DNA from: Chromera velia
Lineage: Eukaryota
Assembly (NCBI GenBank): GCA_018398765.1
Contig: JAHBMJ010000168.1
Location: 62,001 to 126,000, forward strand
Direction: 5' to 3'
DNA: 64,000 nt
Positions 1 to 12,867 of this stretch are shown in pieces. Each line of letters starts with the position of its first letter. Positions within the stretch are counted from its first letter, which is position 1. The notes under the pieces are model-generated. The model did not search any database and was not told the DNA's origin. It saw only the letters and a list, made by a program, of their open reading frames with translations. The position numbers and the translations under genes are program-made.

Positions 1-37
1 GAACATCAATGCTACGCTATGCTATGGAAAGAAGACT

Positions 38-182
38 TTCTTCCTTCCTTCCTTCGTTTCTTTCTTTCTTTTTCTCTTTCGTTCGTTCTTTCTTTCGTTC
101 GTTCGTTTTTTCTTTCGTTCGTTCGTTCTTTCTTTCTTTTTCTTTCTTTTTTTCTTTCTTTCTTTCTTTCTTTCCCCACCCC

Positions 183-233
<51 letters not shown>

Positions 234-260
234 TGTTTTTCTTCCTTCCTTTCTTCCTTC

Positions 261-291
<31 letters not shown>

Positions 292-406
292 TCGTTCGTT
301 CGTTCTTGTTTTCTTTCTTCCTTTCTTTCTTTCTTGCTTTCTTTCTTGCTTTCTTTCTTTCTTTCTTTCTTTCTTTTTGTTTTCCTTCTTTCTTTCTTTC
401 TTTCTT

Positions 407-490
<84 letters not shown>

Positions 491-830
491 TGTTTTTCTT
501 CCTTCCTTCCTTCCTTCCTTTCTTTCTTTCTTTCTTTCTTTCTTTCTGTCTTTCTTTCTTTCTTTCTCTCTCTTTTTCTTTGAAATGCGAGCTATTCTAC
601 TATGTTTTTTTTTTTTCTCTTTCTTCTTCCTTTGTTTTTCTTCTACTTTCTCTCTGCCCCCCCTGCAGTTTGTCTCAGTTAAAATTGTCTTTCTTAAAAT
701 TCTTTCTCTTTTCGAATCTTTTTTCTTCTTTTTTTTCTTTCGCTCGTCATCTCTTTCTTTTCCTCCTTTTCGTTTTCTCGTTTCGCTTTATCTATCTTTT
801 CCCACAGGCAGGAACAAACAAAGACAAGTC
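38..830. repeat. Pyrimidine-rich compound microsatellite (TTTC/TC/TG)
   Basis: Direct reading of (TTTC)n, (TC)n and (TG)n runs; the overlapping F/S/L-rich ORFs are artefacts of the repeat. Confidence 0.95.
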
Positions 831-1525
831 AGATGGAAAACACATTTTTGCTACCTTTGTTTTCCTTCTAAATTTCTTCGCGGTTTGCTTTCCTCAAGAC
901 CCCTTGTCCCTCATCTTCTGCTTCCTGTTCTTCCCTTTCTATTTCTACATTTTCATAGTCAATTCGTTTTCTTCTTGACAATGTTCTCTCTGATCTCTCT
1001 CCTTTATCACTCACGAATATGACATCGTGCAGTGACTGTCGTGTTTGCAGTCGTGAAGAACAGTACACTGTCAGACAGATCGGCAGATGACCTGAGGCAG
1101 CTTCCACTTCATTCTTGACAGACACGCAGGCAGGCAGTAGGTAGACAGCAGTGTGGGGATAGACGCACAGTCCAATGCACAAGCAGCGGCATAGCGAGAC
1201 GAGGCACGACACGGCACAGCAGGAAGAATGGCAGAAAGCGGAGGAGGCATGAATGAGAGGCTCCCAAAAGAACCCCTCCCAAAGTCGCAAGGAAGACTGA
1301 GTTTCCATCTGATGGGTATACACATGCGTAGACAATTGCTGAACAAATAATGCAAGCAACAGAATTAATTGAATTGTTCGCACTACATACAGGAAGTCAG
1401 ACACAAATTGAGGAGCCTGGACAAGCTTCTTGGTCGCCTTTCGAAATCCAATGGCTCACCGAGGCTCACGTTACACTCGATCACAAACGAAAGTTCAAAG
1501 AGAGGCAGGCTAGTCTTTTGAGAGG

Positions 1526-2045
1526 TCAACCTCTTGCTTGCTGACGGATCGCCTCCCTGATCTCATCTGTGAGCTCTTTCATTTGAATTTTCAAAATGCA
1601 CTCCTGAGCTGTGAGCTTCTGATTCTCTCTTTTCTGCATCCGTTCCTTTTCGTTCTCCAGCCCCTTGAGGATTTCCTGACGACCTTGGAACATGTACATC
1701 CTCCCAACAGATCTGAGCAGAGGCACGTTCTCATCGAGACTCTGGATCTCCTTAATGGACAGAATGGACTTTCGGATGTTGGCCTCCAACTGCTTCTGTT
1801 GGACCCCAACCATCTTCAGGTCGGACTCAAGGGACCGCATCCGGCATTGCAGCTCCTCCGGCACCAGAATCTGGTCCTTCCCTTCGCCCTGCTGTTTCTT
1901 CTGGTCCCTCTTCTTCTTTTTCTCCTGCAGGTAAGCAGTCACAGAGCCACAATTAATTTCACGGAAACGAAGGATTTGCTAGGGGCAATTTCACTCTTTC
2001 TATGCATACTGCTTCATCCAGCCAGCCCACGCTGACTTTCGTCAT
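1526..2045 (-). CDS. Prefoldin beta-type subunit (PFDN1-like), two exons: join(2037..2045,1526..1924)
   Basis: Coiled-coil / beta-hairpin / coiled-coil layout with LLRSVGRMY (prefoldin beta YxxVGRMF motif). ATG ACG AAA is followed by a GTCAGC donor, and a CTGCAG acceptor rejoins in phase 0 to EKKKKRDQ. Confidence 0.85.
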
Positions 2046-2854
2046 GGTTCCCTCACAGGTTTCTCAGCACCTTTGCAAGGAAGGCTGGGCAGACTCTTTC
2101 TGTCTTCGCAAGATAAGAGGGAGACGGCAATTCAACGAGGCAGCCCTATCACAAGTCCGTATCCAGGCTGGTACACGAAGCGCGGTCGAAACAGCAAGTC
2201 TGTTCAATTCTGAGAGATCTAGTCAAGTGAACGTCGCAATTACTAGAGGGCAAAGCATATGACAGTGCGTGGATCAAAGTTGTGACTTAGTTGTCAAAGA
2301 GGCTTTCGGCTCTTCGAGGATGAAGTGCATGCCTGTGAAAGTGATCGAATGATCGAGTCTTTTTTTTGGGCTCTGTACGTAGTGCAGGTTTGCAGCTTTG
2401 GGCCCGGAAAGCTCATGCATCTGACGCAAGCAAGCTTGCGAACGGCCCCGGAAAGCAAGAAAAATTACAAGTGGTTCACGCAGTGCCACGCTATATGTAG
2501 CTGATTGAAGCCACGCAGAAAGTTGCACTCACATACAGTCAGGGCAAGACTCAGATAGAGTCAGGGTGGGGGCTAGTGGGGGCGTTACTAGGCGTTACCT
2601 GGCGTTGTCCAGACGTATGAAAGATTTGATGTGTTTTTCTTAAAAAATACGGTAGAATGAAAACTAAATTTAAGAAAATTTAAATGAATCTGTAACATAA
2701 TTAATTTTCTTATATGAACTATCCTTTATTTTTTGTATAGAAAGCCAAAAAAATGTTTTAATTCTGTTTATAATGGATCTGAAATATACAGGACTAGATC
2801 TATAAACAAATTTATCAACAAATTTTATAACTTGTTATGAAAGAAAACGATAGT

Positions 2855-3334
2855 TGCTTTGTCCCCCCTATCCGGCCACCTTATGGCGTCCAGACAGAAG
2901 GCTAGACAGAAGATAAAGCAAGGACAAAAACTTTAGGGAAGATTTGGAGAAGGAACGTGAGCAACACTCATTCAAGCAACAGTTTACAGAAGGTTTAGCT
3001 CTAGAGCAATCTAGGATCCCAATCAGCTAGGTTCATTCTATCATTGCACAATTTCTACTTATGTTTCTCTCTGTTCCTCTCTCTCAGAGTCTCAGACTCC
3101 CGATCTATGATAAACAGACATCAGACTCAAACGATGCTATCCGTTGCTCGAGTAACATGTTGTATACTTGAATACGAAGGTCAGACTCGATCGACTTCGA
3201 TCAACAACTTTGATTGACGCGCGTGAAACGTACGAAGCAAAGCGCGGCGGTGGAATATGGCGCGGCACGCTGGCTCACTCAGTCACGGCGCATGCGAAGG
3301 CTCAAAAGGCGGCGCCACAGGGTAGGACTCCACA
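2855..3334 (+). repeat. LTR copy 1 (480 bp, TG...CA)
   Basis: Begins TGCTTTGTCC and ends GGACTCCACA; aligns without gaps to 3348-3827 with 31 substitutions. Confidence 0.9.
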
Positions 3335-3347
3335 GATGGCACCATAA

Positions 3348-3827
3348 TGCTTTGTCCCCCCTGTCCGGCCACCTTATGCCGTCCAGACAGAAGGCTAGAC
3401 AGAAGGTAAAGCAAGGACAAGAACTTTAGGGAAGATTTGGAGAAGAAACGTGAGCAACACTCATTCAGGCAACAGTTTACAGAAGGTTTAGCTCTAGAGC
3501 GATCTGGGATCCCAATCAGCTGGGTTCATTCTATCATTGCACAATTTTTACGTATGTTTCTCTCTGTTCCTTTCTCTCAGAGTCTCAGACTCCCGATCTA
3601 TGACAAACAGATATCAGACTCAAACGATGCTATCCGTTGCTCGAGTAACATGTTGCATGCTTGAATACGAAGGTCAGACTTGATCGACTTTGATTAACAA
3701 CTTTAATTGATGCGAGTGAAACGTACAAAGCAAAGCACGGTAGTGGAATGTGGCGCGGCATACTGGCTTACTCAGTCACGGCGCATGCGAAGGCTCAAAG
3801 GGCGGCGCCACAGGGTAGGACTCCACA
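3348..3827 (+). repeat. LTR copy 2, the 5' LTR of the copia-like element
   Basis: TG...CA, 480 bp, immediately followed by a TGG-initiated PBS-like sequence and the gag-pol region. Confidence 0.9.
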
Positions 3828-3845
3828 TGGTCCCGTTCCTGGTCA
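3828..3845 (+). other. Putative primer-binding site (TGGTCCCGTTCC...)
   Basis: TGG (complement of tRNA CCA) directly abuts the LTR terminal CA. The cognate tRNA was not identified. Confidence 0.55.
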
Positions 3846-4700
3846 GATTCGTGGAGGGTGAATTCCGGTCCCGGCCTTTCCATTCGTCCCTTCGCCCCGA
3901 GCCAGAGAAAGGAGCGACGTGCACGCGGCGGCCCGTTTACACGGGGTGGCGGGGCGCCTGCGACAGAGGTGTACATGTTGTGAGTTCCATGGTATGGCCT
4001 GCATACACTTTAGCGTAAGAAATACACCCGAGGCACTTACCGTGGTGGTATGTGCTCTGGGCCTTCATATGAGATTTAATTAAGCCGATGGTACGGTTAT
4101 GCCATCGGAGGCTTCAGAATTAATTCCGGTCGAATTAATTTCCAGACAGTCAGACAGACGTGCACGGCGGTTACCGTCTGTCTGAATGAGAGACTTGACC
4201 TAGGGATTGATAGAGCTTCATGTGTAGGATCTGTACTGTGCCTTATGTGTCTCTGGCATAGTGGTTCTCTTATGCTCTGAGTATTGTACGAGGCCACCAG
4301 CAGGAGCCTACTGTGGACTGTGGGGGTTCATAGATTTTCTGTCTGGTGAAGAGACTGATCAGATATTTATTTCTGATTATCTGTATTGGTCTAGACGGGT
4401 ACGTTAGGTTAATGTATTCGCTGTGGTCCTCTAATAGGAGAGAGCTAGGAATTCGAGAGTATAGCAGTTTGAAGAGTCCTCTAGATAGGCTAGAGGATCG
4501 ACACGGGAGGGCCCATAGGATTCCACTGGAGCAATCTCGAGAGAGGTGAGACTCTACTTTTCACTGGCGCCGTCACTGAGGGAGTCTCCCGTTGTCATTC
4601 TGACAACATTCCCCTTGTTGTATTCCCGATTCCCTACTGCAGGTGACATACCATAGGTTCCAAAAAAGACGCTCCCCCCGGGTGCGTCGCGATCAAGGGT

Positions 4701-7489
4701 ATGAAGGCGAAGACCGTGGGCGTCTTCGGCCTCACGGACGATGCGGACATCATCGAGTGGGTACGGCAATACGCAGATGCTGTTGCCATTCTCAGTGACT
4801 CAGACGAGTGGTGCGGTGGGCTTACCCTCACCAACAGGAACAAGATGGGGGTCAACGTCAAGCACTATGTCGCAAGGACCGAGGTGGAAGTGCTGGAGAA
4901 GGTGGTGGAACGGGTGCCCCACCTCAGTTCAGAAGTCTCTGAGCAGCTCCGGATTTTCCACAGACACGTTGTGGACTGCGTCTCTTCACCCGACGCGGAG
5001 TGGATGAAGAGATATCTGCAGCGGACTGACGTCCTGAGAATGGGCAAGGCGAGGATCATGGAAATCAGGGAGCTTCTCTCATGCCGAGAGAAGGAGAGAA
5101 TCTCTGGTCCCCAGTTAAAGTCCCTAAATGAGCAGATCCTCTACCTGCAGACTCTGAGAGAACCCTCCTCCCTCTCCCTGTCTCGCCCTGTTGTGTTGTC
5201 TTTACGTGGGGAGCTCCATGGGGGAGCTCCAACAGAGACGAAAGTGAAGACGGAGGAGGAGACGGGAGCGATACCAGACACCTCCCGTCAGATGTCCGTC
5301 CCCGTGTCCAGTGAGCAGCGTCCGGCCTCTGATGAGCGGGACCGCCGTAGCAGTAGCAGTAGTAGTAGCAGTAGCAGTTCCAGTGGGGGGGTGCAGGTAG
5401 TTGGTGTGCGACCTGACACCACCCTGGCAGAGAAGAAAAGGAAGCAGTATGAGGACCTCGTGGCGCAGATATCGGGTCTGGACGCCGAACGGGGTGCTGA
5501 AAAGCTCTGAATTCTGGAGATCCAGAAGGAGGAGAATGACGTGATGAGTGGCATGCCTAAGAGGGATAACTTTCCTAAGGGGTTTGAAGGGAAGGAGGAG
5601 TACGCATCAGAGCTGGCATCCTGGGCTGAGAAAAAAGAGGTCTTCAACGCTGGGAAGGCTGACAGGGATACGCTGGTAGCGACCGTGCAAGGTCACATCG
5701 ACCAGTTGGCGTCTGATGTGTTTCTCTAAACGAGCAAGCCGACAAACTCCGCAAGGAGATAGACGTGCTGTCTCCTCCTCCCCAGGCCAAGGGCGTCCCT
5801 GGGGGTGCTGCTGAAGGCCGCCTGCCTTCGGTATTCCAGATGACCCCCCTTACGGGTGGGGGGATGTATCCTGCAGTGTTTCCCCCTGAACCTGCGATGG
5901 TGTCTGTAGGTGGGGGGGTGCGTACTTATGATGTTGGGGCTCTGGGAGCTCCTGACATCTTCTCTTTCCTGGGAGTTAGGGAGTTGAGTGGAACTCGGGG
6001 GAGGCCGAAGTGTGACCCTGAGGATCCCCTCATCGCCTACACCCTGGAGGAGATCTTGACATCGGTCCCGAGGACCTTTGTGGAGATACGTGATAAGGTC
6101 GTGGCGATGATCTTTGCACACTTTTTCAAGACGATCCAGTATTCGACTTCTGCTCTCGTCCTGGAGTACGAGAGGATTGCCTGTAAGCCCTGTAAGTTCG
6201 AGACTTACACAGAGCTGCTGGCACATCACAAGCGTCTCCTGAACTACCTGGTTGAGGAGAACATCGTTCACGAGCTTGGCGTGAAGTATAGGCTCGGGCT
6301 CCTGACGGCGCACCTGCCGAACGACCTCATAATGAGGTAGCAGGAGAGGCAGACCCCGGTGGACCTCACCAGCGAAGTGGAGATCACCAAGGAGATCCAC
6401 GCTATCGCTGCCCAGGCGGAGACCTTTAACAAGTCTCTCGGGGATGCTTGGGACCAGGGCCTGGTTAAGGGAGCTCTCGTCGAGGACTTGAAGAGAGAAT
6501 GGGAACAGAAGGCGGCAACCTTCGGTGTGAAGGACTCGGGGGGTGCCTCGCGGGGGGGCATCATTCCAAAGGTTCCTTTCATGGCGTTCGCGGAGCCTGG
6601 TGGAGTCCCGCAGAGGAAGTCCCCTTCCAAGGCAAAGGGAGGGAAACCCTCAGGAGGAAAGACCCCTGACTTTGGCGGGAAGGGCAGGGGCAACTCCGAT
6701 CGCAGGAGGCAAGGCGGTGCTGGCGGGGGTTTCGGCAAGGGGGATGGTAGGAGGAGCTCCAATCGGGGGCGCTCTTCTGGGTCTAATTCCTCTGCTCCCT
6801 CCAGTCAATACAATGACAAGGGGGTGGAAGGAAAGGACCGTCCTCCCACTCAGGCCGTTGTCAACCCCAGGGGCCCCAACAGGAACCCCGTTCTCGATCG
6901 ATATGGTGTCCGACACCGGGATGGAACCGGATCGGATACGTTCATCGGAACTGTTACCATGGCGGGTTCTGGAGAAACTCCCATCAAACCCGGTCAGTGG
7001 GATAGAGAGTTTAGGTCTTTGTGGAACAAAGCGTGTTGGGATCCTGCCAGCAGGAAGAGCCTTCCCCATAGGTACCGCGATGGGCAGTGCCTGAGATGCA
7101 ACGGTCCGGACGGACATACAGAGTGGGGGGGCCATGGGGCCTGTCCTTGGATTCGGAAGAAGGATGGCTGCCCAGCGTATAAAACGATGGGCTATGCTCC
7201 CAACAACTGCCCTGATGAGAATGCGAAGAAGCGATAGATGATAAAGCAGATGGACAAGACCGGGCAGGACAAGGGCGGCTCCGGGGGCCGTCGCAAAGGT
7301 CCTCCGGGAGGAGGAGGCCATGGAGGCGGCTCCGGAGACCGTCGAGGGTCTTCCTATCCTGGTCGTGGGGGCGGCTCAGGGGGGAGAGGAGGCAGTGGGG
7401 GTCACAGCCATGGTGGGCGCACCCTTTCTCCTGGCAGGTTCAACAACGAGAACTTCGAGAAGAAGAACTTAGACTCCGGACAGGCGTAG
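4701..7489 (+). pseudogene. Gag-like region with a Zn-knuckle-like motif
   Basis: ORF fragments 4701-5729 and 5765-7489 are each collinear in one frame across stops. CLRCNGPDGH...C near 7088-7145 and a Gly/Arg-rich nucleocapsid-like segment. Confidence 0.6.
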
Positions 7490-8254
7490 CGGGGGGGTAC
7501 TGTCCCTCTTGTGTCCTCGCAGACTGTCGGTCCTGGGGGTCAGGACGACGATGATGGTGTCGTAGTGACGGGTGGCGTCTCATGTGGGAAGGAAGACTCG
7601 TTCAACCTGACCACCCACATGTCCAAGGGTGAGGAGAAGATCCCTCATGGGGAGGGGTCTCTCGGAAAGCTCTGCTTTGCAGACCAGCTTGGCCTCCCTT
7701 TGTGCTATGAGCCTAGAGCCAAGTACTCGCCCGACTACGACACAATGACCTTCCCTGTGTGGCATGATGGGGCTATGGAGCGCCTGTCTGCTTAAGATCC
7801 TGTTGGGACCCACACGGGGGTCGATGTATGGAGAGAAGGAGTCTGTGGAGCCTGGTAAACGCTCTTGTCTGATGAGCCTGAACGGACAGGCTTGGAATGA
7901 ATGGGGTGGGCTATCTTCCCTGCAGGTTTGGAGACTTGTATGACGGTTATGCAAGCCTTTCAGTCGGAGTTCACTGCGAGAGGAGTCCAGCGTATCAGGA
8001 ACATGATGGAGGAGCAAGACCCCCATCTCCTTGAGGTCATCTCTCGCATGTGGGGACCGGAGGACGAGACCACCATGGGTGCGGTGCCCTCTGGTTCGAA
8101 GTCTGCTGTCTACACGGTCTCCCAGTATGAGAGTGAACTGATGAACGACCCGAGCAGGACCCGGCATCGGGCTGGGTTTCCAGAAAAGTTTGAGGTCTAC
8201 AAGCTTTTGGGAAATGCGAGATCCCAGATCCCCAAGCTCGTCGAGTACAGGGCC

Positions 8255-8680
8255 TTTAAGGTCTATATTAACTCCTGTACGTTCGGGAACCTCATCTCTT
8301 AGAGGAAGGTGAGGAGCCTTATCCGTACCTTTGGGGGGCTAGATATCCCGGACTGGACGGGTTTGTTCACGGGGGGCGTTGGGGAGGAGGGTGACGGGCC
8401 CTTAGACGGGGGGCTTCCCAGGAGGACGCGGCACCAGCACTATGAGCATCTTATCACGGGACAAGATTTCATTGAGTGGAAGGTGCAGTTGGAGATGCCC
8501 CTCCAGTCATGGGGACTGGGGGATGAAGCGGTGTTCTTTTGTTCTACGGTTTTTAGCATCCGGTTCGGGACTCATGACCCCTCCGGCGCTCCCAAGAACA
8601 TTGTCATCCCATGCCTCCTCCACACGGTCGATCAGCCGAACCTCCCTGACGTGCTGATTCATAATGCTCCTGGTGCAGGT
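8255..8680 (+). pseudogene. Retroviral-type aspartic protease domain (degenerate)
   Basis: [14 protein letters not shown] resembles VLIDSGASxNFIS, with the catalytic D reading N (GAC>AAC). The downstream PDVLI resembles the protease C-terminal motif. Confidence 0.45.
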
Positions 8681-9420
8681 CTCTTCGTTCCTCGTTCTTC
8701 GCCGAAGGATGTCCTCCCTGCCTACCATGTGTGGGCGGAGAGAACGAAGGAGGAGAAGCAGATCTCACATGGGGTGAGGCTATCTATGGACCTGATATAC
8801 TAGGAGGGGATGCGACAAGGAATTCCGCAGGTTGATGTTGAGGTCATGGACACCCCCTTCAAGGTGGGGGCACCGGAGACCTGCATCATCCACAAGCCCT
8901 GGGGAGACAGACCGGACGGATACGGCCTCAACCACCTCCCTCAAGCAGTGTATGACCGCAGCCCGCACTACAAGGCCGTTCCGAACGAGTCTTTTGAGCA
9001 CTCCCTTGGGGGAGGTCCCCAAGGCGGTTCATGCGGGTACCGGTTCCAGTCACTGCAGGAGGTGCAAGACCGGTGGAACAAGGCGCAGCAGCTGAAGTAG
9101 CAGGGAAATTCCCACGAGAGGATTCCCTGAACCCCTCTCCCTGATGCGGAGAAGAAAAGGTCGGCCAAGAAGGATTTCAGAGCCTCACCCGATGGCATTG
9201 AGGTCTCTGTGGCTGCCTACCCGATCACGTATTGGGTCGTGGGTCGATGGACTGCTTCGGAGCTGGCGGACACGGACTACTGTCAGCAAGGTCCCTTTCT
9301 CGCTATGAGAAAGTTTGATGCTGGGGGCGCTGCCCTGGGGGCGCTGCCCACTTCAAACCATGGGACTACGGGTACGAACGGACGTACCTGGCTGCCTTCT
9401 CGGCCGTCTTGGTCGACCAG

Positions 9421-10149
9421 AAGCGGGAGCCGATGGCACTACACGAGGGTTACGGACATCAGAACTTCGACGATCTCAAGGAGACTCTCGCGGCTAAGGG
9501 TAATGAGATCGATGAGGACTGCAGAAGGTAGGTTTCTACGTGTCCCCTCTGTCAACTGAAGAATGCGATCACTCCGAGGATCCACAAAAGGAGTAAGCAG
9601 TTATCAGCAGATTGGAGGCCGATCAAGGGAACGGTCTGGATCGTCGATATCTGGTTCTTCAAGGACCTTTTTGCGAAGGCCGAGACAGGGGGCTTTGGAA
9701 TGATGGTGGTTCTCTACAAGCCAGGAGCCGGGTTCTCTCTGACCCACCCAGCTAAGGAGAAAGATGAGGCTTCCCTCATCGACTGCGTGCATTACTTTGC
9801 TTGCTGGCTGGGGTGTCCGCACCTAGTGTACATGGACAGAGAGAAAGCGGGAGTGGGTGCTTCCTTCCAGGCGTGGCTCCGGGGGGACGGGTCCCCCGGA
9901 CTGCACCCCATCGAGTACCGCCAGGGACCGCCGTACGTGGGTAAGGGTCTGCAGGCTCTGGTCGAGCGCTGCATTCGCAGCAATTGGGAGGGAGTGGCCC
10001 TCCTCATGTCGGACCTGAACCACCGTTTTTCCTTTGCTGTGATTCACCTCGTGGCGATCGATGGGGGAATGTTGGGGGTATTCCTGTGCGTTTTACAGAA
10101 CGGTGGGGGGCATCCCTTTTATCCTGACCTTTCGAAGAACGCCTCCTAG
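9421..10149 (+). pseudogene. Integrase (HHCC zinc finger plus DDE core)
   Basis: LHEGYGH...CPLC, then WIVDIW, VYMDRE and ALVERCIR in one frame, with a TAG at 9529. Confidence 0.85.
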
Positions 10150-12684
10150 ATGGAGAATGGATGGAGTTGCACAGAGTCATTGTGCAGTTCTTGGCTTTGC
10201 TCACGTATGATGTTGTCGTGGTCCTCCACAGGCACAAGGAGAAAAACGTTCAAGGGGAACGTTTTACCGTCCTGCAGGTCCACCCGGAACATCTATAGAC
10301 GGTCCCAGACAACCTCCTGGACAACCTCCACCTCTGGGGGGGGGCCTCGTTTCGATCAGGAAGGAACCATCCTCTTGGCTCCGGCGGGTAGAGAATAGGA
10401 GGATCCTCGACTATGGAAAACTTCTGCAAGGCAGGAGGGGGGAACAGGTGCCCGCTACCGCAGATGGGCAGGGAGAAGCGACCTTGGTCACAGAGGATTC
10501 TCTCTAGTCCTTCCGGGCACATCTCCGGTAGGATGATACGGGGGGTTGCAGCGAGGGACACAGTGGCCGGCAAGGAAATTTTCTTTCCAGCTGGCTGATG
10601 AGGGCGAAGGTATCGTAGGCTTACGGGAAGCCCCTCGCCTCACTCACCTTCGTGAGGGCCATCAGGAGATTACGAGCACGGAGGCGTAGGCGTCGGCTTT
10701 GTCATTGTCTTCCTCTGCCCTCCCCTCTGCTCTGCCTCCCTCCCTCCCACCCCCTGCTCCTGCAGAGCCCTCCGAACCCTCTCCTGCTCAAGCCGAGGCC
10801 TTGGTAAGGGAAGCGGGGGCGGCGGGCGCCCGACCATGGTTTTCCTCTCCTGTTGTGTCCAACAGGGCTTCCGTCGACTCCGGGGAGTCGCCGCTGCCAG
10901 ATTTCTTTGTCCCGCTCGGCTCCTCGATGAAGGGGACCATTCTAGACCCGTCAGGCCCTGGGGTGCTGCGCACGCCTGGCACGGTGCGGCAGCACACTCG
11001 TACTCCTTCGCGGGGAAGGAGGGTGAAGGATCCAGGCCCCGTCTTTTTCGACAAGAAGGGGAAACGTCTCCTGGGGGCCAACGGGGAGCCCCTGGGGTAC
11101 AATTGGAAAGTGGAGCGGCCGGTGTTCATGACGTACCACCGGGGGATGTATGACGCTTAGACTCGTCGTTTCGCGTTCATGCTCTACCCTAACTTGGGGG
11201 AGATCACTTAGGGAGAGGACCTGGACACCCTCAAGAACTACTTGGCTCCCCGACTGACGATGAGAGTCAAGGGGGACTCATGGAGAAGCGGGAGTGCAAC
11301 AAGGACGCAAGACGAAATCCAGAAAGCACGTGGGGTGTTCCCTGGAGACATGGGTTTCGATCTTAAGGAGAATAGCCTCAAAAAGATCATGTCACAGAAC
11401 CAGGGCGTCTACCTGCACTCGCCTCCACAGTCCCGTCGGATTGAGATCCTAGAGGGGTGGACCACTTCGATGAGTCTCCGAGTCTCCATTGCTCCCGCTG
11501 CGGCTGGAGGCAAGCGTAGGGGGCGATACTACATGCACAGGGCGCTCAAGTACTTGGACAGGCCCAAGCAGGAGTGGATCGAGGCAGACAAGGAATTGAG
11601 GGAGACAGACGGTCTGTCTCAGATTGAGCCTCCGGGAGCTGAGTATGCCTACTGGACCCCTCTGGAGGGGAAGTTCCGGACAGTCGGGCTGTCCATGGCT
11701 GTCGGCTTTCCCGAGAGGTACTACGGGTACAAGCGGATCGAGTTCCAGAACTATGTTCTTCCAAGCTCCTACGACCCGGATCTGGTGGCTGCAAGCATCC
11801 GGGCATACACGGAAGGAGGAGATCGGATGATAGAACACTTTTGGGACGTGTTCCAGGGGACAGAAAGCAACGAAAATGAAAAGGCGTGGTGCCTTATATA
11901 TGAGATGTGCTACCAGGTCAGGTACACGTTCCACAGGTCAAAGCACCACGATGACCGCTCGCGCCCCATCGTGTTCGAGAGAGAAGACCCCACGGTTGAG
12001 GTCGTCCCTCCCAAGGATCCCAGAGACAGGGTCGACAAGAACGAGGTCGGCCGCAGGGACTGAGCTTGGGAGGAGCTCTCAGATGCGTCAGTGGCAAAGA
12101 CAGGCAGAGAGAAAAGGGGAGGGGAAGGGTCTCCTCGCGCTCATTTGTCGGGTGCAGAGGATGAGGAGACTGAGGAAGACACCTTCGCTTCTGAGTCTCT
12201 GCTGTAAGGCAGATCGAGCGGGTCAGACAGAGACGATGGAGATGACGGGGGGAATCCTTCTGATGGAGATGGAGGTCACGGGGACCCTTCCCCAGACGAT
12301 TCTCCATATGACCCACCTCCAGGGGGTTATTCTGGAGGAGACTGGGGCGGGGGAACAGATGATGATGGAGGCGGAGATGGCGGGGGGGACGTTCCTCCCA
12401 GATCTTCCCAAGCTCTACATCATGGCCTCTCCGTTGGGAAGAAAGCCCGCCTCCGTCTATCTGCTCGCAGACGACCACGGAGATCGTCTGGGAGAAGGAT
12501 CTTCTCCGAGGATGACGGAGACGACGAAAGAGGGGCAGAGTCAGACTCTTCGGCCGAGAGGGGTAGAGGTGACGAGTCAGAACCGAAGGATAGGCCGATT
12601 GACCCTTCTGCGCACCCAGGGGGCGCAGATAGGTCCCGGTCCAACCAAGGAACTCCCATCCGAGAGAGGAGAGTTTTGGGTTAA

Positions 12685-12867
<183 letters not shown>

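Noticed and set aside
9..1022. Long F/S/L-rich ORFs, and the CV/HT/HPSI ORFs at 16.8-18.1, 29.3-30.0 and 35.0-36.4 kb
   Set aside because: Translations of microsatellites that lack stop codons by composition.
7468..7489. LDSG as the protease active site
   Set aside because: Lacks the preceding hydrophobic strand and downstream motif; the site at 8255 fits better.
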